Below are positions 1-7,689 of a stretch of DNA of 64,000 nucleotides, piece by piece. Every line of letters begins with the position of its first letter. The stretch's first letter is position 1. Position numbers and translations under genes: made by a program. The stretch covers positions 672,001 through 736,000 of the forward strand of contig JBBRLQ010000001.1 of assembly GCA_038231275.1 (NCBI GenBank), in the 5' to 3' direction. Below the pieces are notes generated by a model. The model ran no database searches and was not told where the DNA came from. It saw only the letters and a program-made list of their open reading frames with translations. Source of the DNA: Polyangiales bacterium (lineage in GTDB: Bacteria > Myxococcota_A > Polyangia > Polyangiales > Polyangiaceae).

Positions 1-2283
1 GCGTCGGCCGGGTGGCAGCAGTCGCGGCAGGCTTCGCGCCAGCGCCAGGCCGGTGATCGGGCCTTCGCCGTGGGCATAGACCGCGTAGGCGAGGACGTAG
101 AACGCGTCGTACGCAGTGTTCGGCGATACCGTTCGGCTCACGTGCGTCCCGAACATTTGGTTGAATCGCATCACGAACCGCGCATTCGCCTGGGTGTTCG
201 ACGCCGTCGCGAGCCCGAAGATTCGTCGGCGTCGGTCGTCGTTGCTGCCTACGAACTTGAGCTCGTCCGCCGAGATAGCATCGGCGGTCACGTAGAAGGG
301 GCGCGTCTGGCGCGGCCCGCGCCATCCGGCTTCGATGGATTCCAGAACCTCGAGGATGTCGACGCCCAAGTAAGTGACGACGTTCGGAGCAAAGTCGACG
401 ATCGACCGAGTGAGATCGGGCGAGCCCCCAGCCCGCTCGGTGACGAACTCCTTGTAGAGAGGGCCATTGTCGAGCGCCGGCTTGCCGTTGAACGAGAGGG
501 CCTGGAAGAACGCCTCCGAGAATGCCAACGCTCCGGAGGCATCGGCGCGCACGAGCGCAACGCGTAGGGGCTGTCGCACGCCGGTAGCGCGCAACTTTGG
601 CTCGAGGACGCCAGGAATGAATGCCGCGATGGGCAGCGCCATCCGAGCGAGGTTGAACGTCGTGCGCCAAACGAGGCGTGGTTGATCGTTCGGATGCGGT
701 AGGGTCGCGAGGAGGGGGCTTGTGTTCAAGGCGCTCATGGCGAGCACGCCGTTGCGCGCAAAGAGCGTCTCCGAGAGCTCGATCACTTCTTTGCCGGAGC
801 GAAAGCCGATCACGGCGGGGGTGCCGATATCCTCGACCAGGTGTCGCGCCGCTCGCGCCGGCGCTTGGCTGTCGTCGCACGCGACGACGCCGAGAGGGCG
901 CGGTCGCGCCGCGGTGAGAGTCTCGGTGCCCTCCGCGAAGTCTCTCCGCGCCAGATCTACGGCGCGATCGTTCCAGTCCCCATGGTTGTCCGGGTCCACG
1001 GTCAGCGGGAACATCGTCCCGATCCAGACCGTGTCGTCGCTCTTCAGCGCGCGCGCGTCGGCGAGGACCTTGCAATCTTCCGACGCCAGCTCGACGCATC
1101 GGTGCGACGGCGAGCAGATCCCCTGCTTCCCTCCGAGCTTGGCGGCGCAGTCCGCGAGCTTCGTGCACTCGCCGGGCGGCGCCGCGTCGATCACCGCCGC
1201 CGGCTTCGCCGTGCTCCGCGTGAGCGCGCGACCCCCCACGATCGCGGACGCGACCAGGACCGCCGCCGCCAGGAGCAGTAGACCGCGACGACGGGCGCGC
1301 GCCGGAGTCGGCGAACCTTCGGGGGTCGATCCGCTCGCCGGGGCCAGCGCCTCCGTCGCCGCAAGGGCGAGCGGTTGCGGCTTCGAGAGCACGCTCTCCA
1401 TCGCGGCGACGAGCTCGTCGGTCGACTCGAAGCGGTCGGTCCGTTTCTTCGCCATGGCGCGCCCCACCGCCGCGACGACGTTCGGCGGGACGTCTGGCGC
1501 GACGTCCGCGAGCGGGCGCGGGTGATCGCTCAGCACCTTGGACACGAGCTCGAGCGCGTCGATGTCGCGGCCCCACGGCGGCGTCCCGGAGAGCAGCTCG
1601 TACGCCATTACTCCCCACGCGAACTGATCGGCGCGCCCGTCGAGCGCCTCGTTCCGCATCTGCTCGGGCGCCATGTAGTGCGGCGTTCCGATCGCGATCC
1701 CCTTCGCGGTGATGCTCGGCAGCACCTGCGCCTCGGTCGACGACGTCGTGCTGATGCTCGAGCGCGCCGCGCGCTTGGCGAGGCCGAAATCGAGCACTTT
1801 GATGACGCCGTCGTCGCGAAGCATCACGTTCTCGGGCTTGATGTCGCGGTGCACGAGCCCGGCCTTGTGCGCCGCGCCGAGCGCGCGGGCCACGTCGACG
1901 AGCCACCGGATGCGCGTCTTCAGCGGAATAGTCACGTCGCCGACGTAGGCGCGGAGGTTCCGTCCTTTGACGAGCTCCATCGCGATGAACGGGACCTTCT
2001 CGCCGTCCTCGTCGACCTCACCGACCTCGTAGATCGTGACGACGTTGGCGTGCTCGAGCGCGGCGGCCGACTGCGCTTCGCGGAGCAGGCGCGCGGCTCC
2101 TTCGCTGCGCCGGTCGTCGCTGGCCGGTGAGCCCCGAGTCTGCTCGTCCTCGGGGTGCAAGACCTTGAGCGCGACCTGGCGGTTCAAGCGCGTGTCGCGC
2201 GCCAGATAGACCTGCCCCATCCCGCCCTCTCCCAATGGAGAGACGATGACGAAGCTCTGGACCTGGTCCCCAGCCTTCAGCAC
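1..2283 (-). CDS. Membrane Ser/Thr protein kinase with C-terminal periplasmic-binding-protein (type 1, LivJ-like) domain; runs off the left window edge
   Basis: Absent from the ORF track because it has no stop in the window. Manual translation from GTG 2283 gives LGEGGMGQVYLARDTRLNRQVALKVL, HRDIKPENVM, DFGLAK and GTPHYMAPEQ. These are followed by a TM segment (RRRGLLLLAAAVLVASAIVGG), a Cys-rich linker, VWIGTMFPLT and AYDAFYVLAYA. Confidence 0.88.
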   Translation of the reverse strand, partial: MLKAGDQVQSFVIVSPLGEGGMGQVYLARDTRLNRQVALKVLHPEDEQTRGSPASDDRRSEGAARLLREAQSAAALEHANVVTIYEVGEVDEDGEKVPFIAMELVKGRNLRAYVGDVTIPLKTRIRWLVDVARALGAAHKAGLVHRDIKPENVMLRDDGVIKVLDFGLAKRAARSSISTTSSTEAQVLPSITAKGIAIGTPHYMAPEQMRNEALDGRADQFAWGVMAYELLSGTPPWGRDIDALELVSKVLSDHPRPLADVAPDVPPNVVAAVGRAMAKKRTDRFESTDELVAAMESVLSKPQPLALAATEALAPASGSTPEGSPTPARARRRGLLLLAAAVLVASAIVGGRALTRSTAKPAAVIDAAPPGECTKLADCAAKLGGKQGICSPSHRCVELASEDCKVLADARALKSDDTVWIGTMFPLTVDPDNHGDWNDRAVDLARRDFAEGTETLTAARPRPLGVVACDDSQAPARAARHLVEDIGTPAVIGFRSGKEVIELSETLFARNGVLAMSALNTSPLLATLPHPNDQPRLVWRTTFNLARMALPIAAFIPGVLEPKLRATGVRQPLRVALVRADASGALAFSEAFFQALSFNGKPALDNGPLYKEFVTERAGGSPDLTRSIVDFAPNVVTYLGVDILEVLESIEAGWRGPRQTRPFYVTADAISADELKFVGSNDDRRRRIFGLATASNTQANARFVMRFNQMFGTHVSRTVSPNTAYDAFYVLAYAVYAHGEGPITGLALARSLPRLLPPGRR

Positions 2284-2331
2284 GACGAAGGAGCATACCC
2301 CGCCGCGAATGTCTTCTCGGCGGGGCGGTAC

Positions 2332-2362
2332 TTGACAGTAATTACTGTCACAGTTATAACTG
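2332..2362 (+). promoter_or_regulatory. Sigma70-type promoter overlapped by two perfect palindromes (candidate operator)
   Basis: TTGACA at 2332-2337, a 17-bp spacer, then TATAAC at 2355-2360. Palindromes are TGACAGTAATTACTGTCA (2333-2350) and CAGTTATAACTG (2351-2362), in an AT-rich patch upstream of the desaturase. Confidence 0.7.
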
Positions 2363-2420
2363 AATCACCATACAGGGTCGCGCTGCAAGCACGCGCGCCC
2401 CCCACCGGAGGTGTTTTCTC

Positions 2421-3557
2421 ATGCACACCGATGCACTCGTCCGCCCCGTCGCGGCCGCCGAAGATCGACTCCACGCGTTTGGCGCCGAGATCGACGCCCT
2501 CAAAGAACGAACCTTCGCCAAGCTCGGCGACGAGGACGTCCGCTACGTCCGACGCCTGAACGTCTTCTCGCGGACGATGGAGATCGTTGGCCGCGTCCTC
2601 ATTCATTTCAGCCCCGAGCCCATCTCGTTCGCCCTCGGCGTCGGCGCCTTGTGGCTCCACAAGCAGCTTCAAGCCACCGAGATCGGCCACTCCGCGCTCC
2701 ACGGCGCGTACGACCGGTTGCCCGGCGCCGAGGGCTTCGCGAGCAAGACGTACCGCTGGGACATCCCCATCGACGAAGAGTCCTGGCGCTACGGCCACAA
2801 CATCCGCCACCACGGCAACACGAACGTCGCTGGCCGCGACGCCGACATCCACTTCGGCCCCGTGCGTCTCACCGAGCAGACGCCGTGGGCGCCGCGCCAC
2901 CGCTGGCAGCTGCCGTTCACGCTCCTCTTCCTCGTCCCCAACTTCACGCTCCTCATGAACGCGCACTTCACCGGCGTGAGCGACGCGATCTACGGCATCG
3001 GCCGCGAAGAGCGCCTCGACTTTCTCCCCGACACGTCCAAGGAGAGCCGCCGCAAGGCCTGGTGGAAAGCGCTCCGCAAATACGTGCCGTACTACGCGAA
3101 GAACTACGTCTTCTTTCCGCTCCTCGCCGGCCCCTTCTTCTGGAAGGTGCTCCTCGGCAACTGGCTCGCCGAGACGATGCGTGACGTCTACTCCGCGGCG
3201 ACGATCTACTGCGGCCACGTCGGCGAGGACGTGAAGAGCTACCCGCTGGGCACCAAGGCCAAGAGCCGCGGCCACTGGTACGCGATGCAGATCGAGGCGA
3301 CCAACGACTTCGAGGTCAGCTTCCCGATATCGGTCCTGTGCGGCGGCCTCGATCGGCAGATCGAGCATCACCTCTTTCCCACGCTCCCGCCGCAGCGCCT
3401 TCGCGAGATCGCGCCGGAGGTCCGCGAGATCTGCGCGCGCCACGGCGTCGAGTACCGAACGGACACGTGGGGACGGACCTTGCGGAAGGCGTTGGCGTGG
3501 GTCGCCGAGCTCTCACGCGCAGGAGGGTCGCGCGCCGTGATTCGTGCGATGGCCTGA
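2421..3557 (+). CDS. Membrane-bound acyl-CoA/fatty acid desaturase (DesA3-like)
   Basis: Three His boxes ([21 protein letters not shown]), hydrophobic segments and an upstream GGAGG RBS. Confidence 0.92.
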   Translation: MHTDALVRPVAAAEDRLHAFGAEIDALKERTFAKLGDEDVRYVRRLNVFSRTMEIVGRVLIHFSPEPISFALGVGALWLHKQLQATEIGHSALHGAYDRLPGAEGFASKTYRWDIPIDEESWRYGHNIRHHGNTNVAGRDADIHFGPVRLTEQTPWAPRHRWQLPFTLLFLVPNFTLLMNAHFTGVSDAIYGIGREERLDFLPDTSKESRRKAWWKALRKYVPYYAKNYVFFPLLAGPFFWKVLLGNWLAETMRDVYSAATIYCGHVGEDVKSYPLGTKAKSRGHWYAMQIEATNDFEVSFPISVLCGGLDRQIEHHLFPTLPPQRLREIAPEVREICARHGVEYRTDTWGRTLRKALAWVAELSRAGGSRAVIRAMA

Positions 3558-3561
3558 CACC

Positions 3562-4347
3562 ATGACCCTCGCTTTTGCTACAAACGAGGCGGACGTCACG
3601 ATGCCCGAAGGCGCCGCCACCTACACGATCGACGAGCTCGCCGTGCAGGCGCAGGTGCCGAGCCGCACCATCCGCTTCTACCAGTCGAAGGGCGCGCTCA
3701 TGGCGCCGGAGATCCGCGGGCGCGTGGCGTTCTACGGCCCCGCGCACGTCGAGCGCCTAAAGCTCATCGCGCAGCTCCAAGACCGCGGGCTCCGCATCGA
3801 CGCGATCCGCGATGTGATGGGGAGCATCGACAAGGGCGAGCTCGATCTCGCGGAGTGGCTCGGCGTCGAGCAGCAGGTGCAGGCGCCGTGGGCCAACGAT
3901 CAACCGCGCACCGTGACCGAGGCGGAGCTTTATGAGCTCGTGGGCTCGAAGCGCCCTGGTCTCCTCGCCGATCTCACGCGCACCAAGCTCGCGGAGCGTC
4001 ACGGTGACGTGTACCTCGTGCGGAGCCCCGCGCTCCTCGTCGCTGCCATGAAGCTCGAGGCGGCGGGCCTGGATTTCTCGGCGTCGAGCGCCGCCGCAGA
4101 GATTCTGCGCAAGCACATGAAGCGGATGACGACCGACTTGCTCGACTTCTTCGTCAAACACGTCTCGGATGGGCACGTGGCGACCGACGACTACGCGGCG
4201 CTCTTCCAGGCGCTGCGCCCGACGGCCATGGATTCGATCCGCGTCGTCTTCGGGCGCGAAATGGAGCGCGGTCTCCGCAAGCTCGTCGAGTCGGGCACTT
4301 TGGCCCAGCTCCCGGCGCGCGCCCGCAAGGCGAAGAAGAAGCGGTGA
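3562..4347 (+). CDS. MerR-family transcriptional regulator
   Basis: N-terminal YTIDELAVQAQVPSRTIRFYQSKGALMAP...YGPAHVERLKLIAQLQDRGL. The start could be 3562 or 3601. Confidence 0.88.
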   Translation: MTLAFATNEADVTMPEGAATYTIDELAVQAQVPSRTIRFYQSKGALMAPEIRGRVAFYGPAHVERLKLIAQLQDRGLRIDAIRDVMGSIDKGELDLAEWLGVEQQVQAPWANDQPRTVTEAELYELVGSKRPGLLADLTRTKLAERHGDVYLVRSPALLVAAMKLEAAGLDFSASSAAAEILRKHMKRMTTDLLDFFVKHVSDGHVATDDYAALFQALRPTAMDSIRVVFGREMERGLRKLVESGTLAQLPARARKAKKKR

Positions 4348-4656
4348 TTACCGATACGCGCCGGGCGCGTGGGGGTGCGCCAACGCGCGGTGCCGCTTCG
4401 CGCAGTCCTTGCGGTGAAGCACCGCATCGCACTTCTTGCAGACGCGGCCCTCCGTCTCGAGCGTGATCTTCAGGTTGCAGTCGGCGCACAGCTTTCCGGT
4501 CAGCTGCGCGCCCGCGCTGCCTTGCCACCGAGGATCCGACGGGTCAGGGGCCGTCAGAGCGGCGCGCTCTTGCTCGCGACTCTTCAGCCGGATGAGCATG
4601 AACGCAACGCGGATGGCGACGACGATGAAGAACCCGGCGAGGTAGAGCCCCGACAC
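4348..4656 (-). CDS. Small membrane-anchored protein with C-terminal Cys/His zinc-finger-like motif
   Basis: N-terminal hydrophobic helix, then CADC-x12-CKKC-x4-H-x3-C. Lies 6 bp downstream of the GNAT-like gene on the same strand. Confidence 0.6.
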   Translation of the reverse strand: MSGLYLAGFFIVVAIRVAFMLIRLKSREQERAALTAPDPSDPRWQGSAGAQLTGKLCADCNLKITLETEGRVCKKCDAVLHRKDCAKRHRALAHPHAPGAYR

Positions 4657-4662
4657 CTGCCG

Positions 4663-5646
4663 CTACTCGTCGGCGGGATTCGACAGCTTGCGCGACCAGA
4701 TCGTCGCGTCTTTGCGCTCGCCGCCGATGGCCATGTGGTTCTGAAGAAGTCCGGTGCGCCGGAAGCCGTTGAAGACGTACGCGGTCGCGAGGGCCACGTC
4801 GTCGCTCGGGGCGAGCGAGAAGCAGCTGACCACGCCCTCGTCGATCAGTCGATCGCACATCGCGCGCAGCGACGACACGGTCGCGAGGCGCTCGGCCTCC
4901 GTCTTCGGCCCGGTCAAGAGCTCGAGGAACGCGTTGCCGAAGCACGCCTGCGACTCGACCGACGCGACGAGCTCGAACCCGCCGCGGCTCGTGATCGAGA
5001 AATAACGGCGCTGCACGTCCCGCCCGAACGGCTCGAACGCGGTCAGCGCACGCCCGGCCCGGAGCGCGGTCGCGAGCGGCTTCTTCACGTCGTTCTCGCG
5101 GAGGGGGACGACCTTCGCGATCGGGAGCGACTTGTCGGCGAGCTCCTTCGCGAGCTTCTTTGCGTGAACGACCGTCTTTTCGGCGAAGTGGTGCGCCGCC
5201 GACGTGGCGGGAACCTCGAACCGCTCCTCTTCTACGTCCGCGATCTGCTGCACCGGCCGACCGAGCGCGATCCGCATCTCGCTCTGGATGGGGATGTGGT
5301 GCGGCGCGCCGTGGACCGAGCAGCCGAGGAGAAATGCGTCGCTCCGCTTGTAGAAGCCGGGGATGTTCCCCTCTTTGGCAAAGCCGAGCTTCACCCAGGT
5401 GGAGACCTCGTCGCGCTCGACCAAGGTGTAGACCTTTTCCACACCTTCACGCTGAGCCAACGACAGTACGAACATCCGTTTGGATGGGGTCGGCCCCGCG
5501 CGGAAGTCGATCACGCGCATGATCTTGGCGCGGCGATGGATGAGGAGGCAGAGCGATACCTGGTCGTTTTGAAAGAAGATCTCGTCGACCGGCTTCTGGG
5601 TCTGCTGTGACTTCTGCTGAGCTGTGCTCCAAGCTTTCGCGGCCAT
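4663..5646 (-). CDS. Tandem GNAT-fold protein resembling beta-lysine N-acetyltransferase (YodP/AblB-like)
   Basis: Two GNAT-like C-terminal signatures: WVKLGFAKEGNIPGFYKRSDAFLL and YVFNGFRRTGLLQNHMAIGGERKDATIWSRKL. GAAGGG RBS. Confidence 0.6.
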   Translation of the reverse strand: MAAKAWSTAQQKSQQTQKPVDEIFFQNDQVSLCLLIHRRAKIMRVIDFRAGPTPSKRMFVLSLAQREGVEKVYTLVERDEVSTWVKLGFAKEGNIPGFYKRSDAFLLGCSVHGAPHHIPIQSEMRIALGRPVQQIADVEEERFEVPATSAAHHFAEKTVVHAKKLAKELADKSLPIAKVVPLRENDVKKPLATALRAGRALTAFEPFGRDVQRRYFSITSRGGFELVASVESQACFGNAFLELLTGPKTEAERLATVSSLRAMCDRLIDEGVVSCFSLAPSDDVALATAYVFNGFRRTGLLQNHMAIGGERKDATIWSRKLSNPADE

Positions 5647-5951
5647 TCAAATCACCCTTCTTCGACTGCAAAGGCGATAGGCGGCGCCCGTTTGATGAGC
5701 ACTCACACCCACAACTACGCCTATTCAACCCCCGACCCGATTCCCCAGGGGTCGAAGGGAATTCCCCCCGCCCCACCTTGCAACTGTGAAAGGCGTTAGC
5801 ACGGTGGGAAAACTGGGGTCAACGAAAATGGGCGTGCATCCGCGCCGTTACAATCTGGTGACCAACCAGGTGGACGAAGGGTGAGTCGGAAGCGTTTTGT
5901 TTCGTTGAAGGAACCGGCGCGCACGATCACTCGCGCGATCAAACGTCGATC

Positions 5952-6917
5952 TCAAACGCGGATCTTTGCCGCGTCGCCGGATGTGATGCCGAGGACCGTC
6001 GCGATGTCCTTCATCCGCTCCTTCGGCACCGACACGAGCGTCGGCATTCCTCCCGAGAGGCCGAGGAGCGCGAGGAAGCTGATGCCGCTGTCGAACTTCG
6101 CGGCCAGGCTCAGCGTGTCCATGTCGAGGACGAGGGCCATCGCGGCGCGCTCTTGGCCCGCGAGGAGGAGCGTCGTCTTGTCGTACGTGGCGTGCTCGGC
6201 GGTGGCGTCGACGAAGGCGAGCGTGTCGGCCCCGGGCGGCAAGAGCGGCGAGCGCTCTTTGGCGAGCGAGAACACCTGGTAGCGCTGCACGATCGCGCGC
6301 GTGGCGGCCTCGATCGCCTCGAGCTGCGCCGCGGCCACGTCGATCGGCTCCCAGAGGGACGCGTCGGCGAGGCCGGTGGAGAGGTGACGCACGACGAGGC
6401 CGAAGAGTGCGGTGTCGCGTGGCCGGGCGCGAAGGGCGCGATCGAGTCTGCGTCCGGTGGCGCTCGGGGTCCCGATGCGCGTGTCGATCGCGCGCGCGTC
6501 GTCGTCGGCGCCCGGGTACGGCTCGATCCCCTCGCGCAGCCATTTCGCCGCGCTGCACAGGCCGTCGAAGTCGGTGTGGCACACGACCGTGTCGACCGGA
6601 CCGATGCGCTGGACGAGCTCGGGCGTCACCATCTCGGGGCAGGCCCCGTGCTCGCGCTTCGTCCGGAGCACGAAGCGCGGATCCTTGTTGTACTCGGCGT
6701 GGAGCACGTGATCGTGATGGTCGATCCAGCCGACGAGGCGTGGCCCCAGCTTGTCGATGAAGGGCTTGGTGAGCTTCGCGAACCCGCCGCCGGACGCCTC
6801 GGACGCGAAGGCCACGTCGAGCACGACGACCCGCCCCTTCAGCTCCGCCGGCTTCGGGAGCTTGCGAGGCGAAGCAAACGCGAGCTCGGCGCGGATCATC
6901 GTCAACGTGGCTACCAT
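5952..6917 (-). CDS. DHH-like phosphoesterase with atypical motif order
   Basis: Motifs VVVLDVAF, WIDHH, VVCHTDFDGLCSAA and ARAIDT. Start trimmed to ATG 6917 (or 6899) because the longer track ORF overlaps hisIE. Confidence 0.72.
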   Translation of the reverse strand: MVATLTMIRAELAFASPRKLPKPAELKGRVVVLDVAFASEASGGGFAKLTKPFIDKLGPRLVGWIDHHDHVLHAEYNKDPRFVLRTKREHGACPEMVTPELVQRIGPVDTVVCHTDFDGLCSAAKWLREGIEPYPGADDDARAIDTRIGTPSATGRRLDRALRARPRDTALFGLVVRHLSTGLADASLWEPIDVAAAQLEAIEAATRAIVQRYQVFSLAKERSPLLPPGADTLAFVDATAEHATYDKTTLLLAGQERAAMALVLDMDTLSLAAKFDSGISFLALLGLSGGMPTLVSVPKERMKDIATVLGITSGDAAKIRV

Positions 6918-6951
6918 TTCCCGTAGGATTTTCGCAGGGTATCTTCGGAGG

Positions 6952-7614
6952 ATGAGCGAGCCTCTCCCCTTGGTTTTCGATGCCGCCGGCCTCATGCCCG
7001 TCGTGGTCCAAGACCACCTCACCGGCGAGATTCGCATGCTCGCCCACGCGACGGCAGAGGCGATCCGCACGACGCAAGAGACCGGGCGCGCGACGTTCTG
7101 GAGCCGGTCGCGCGGCGAGCTGTGGGAGAAGGGGCGGACGAGCGGCAACGACATCGTGGTCACGCAGATCCTGACCGACTGCGACGCCGACTGCCTCGTC
7201 TACCTCGCGGAGCCCCACGGTCCGAGCTGCCACACCGGCGCGCCGAGCTGCTTCTTTTCAGCGTTGGACGGAGACGGGCTCGTCACGAAGGCCGAGCAGC
7301 CGCAGACGACGATCGCCCGCCTCGAAGCGACGCTGGAGGCTCGAAAGGCCAGCACCGCCGAGAACAGCTACACGAAGACGCTCCTCGACGGCGGCGCGCC
7401 CGCGATCGGCAAAAAGCTCCGCGAAGAGGCGGGGGAGCTCGCCGAGGCGCTCGCCAACGAGACCGACGACCGCGTCGCCAGCGAGGCCGCCGATGTCGTC
7501 TACCACCTCCTCGTCGGCCTCCAGCACCGGGGCCTGGCCTGGCGCGACGTCCTCGCCAAGCTCCAGGCGCGGGCGGAAACCAGCGGACACGCCGAAAAAG
7601 CCGCTCGTGTTTGA
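6952..7614 (+). CDS. hisIE: Bifunctional phosphoribosyl-AMP cyclohydrolase / phosphoribosyl-ATP pyrophosphatase
   Basis: FWSRSRGELWEKGRTSGN, DCDADC, GPSCHTGAPSCF, SYTKTLL, KKLREEAGE and EAADVVYHLLV. Confidence 0.95.
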   Translation: MSEPLPLVFDAAGLMPVVVQDHLTGEIRMLAHATAEAIRTTQETGRATFWSRSRGELWEKGRTSGNDIVVTQILTDCDADCLVYLAEPHGPSCHTGAPSCFFSALDGDGLVTKAEQPQTTIARLEATLEARKASTAENSYTKTLLDGGAPAIGKKLREEAGELAEALANETDDRVASEAADVVYHLLVGLQHRGLAWRDVLAKLQARAETSGHAEKAARV

Positions 7615-7689
7615 CACCCTTCGATCGCCGCCGCTATCCTCGAAAACTCACGGAGTTTTTAGCCCTTCGTGTGATCCACGGAACGGAGC

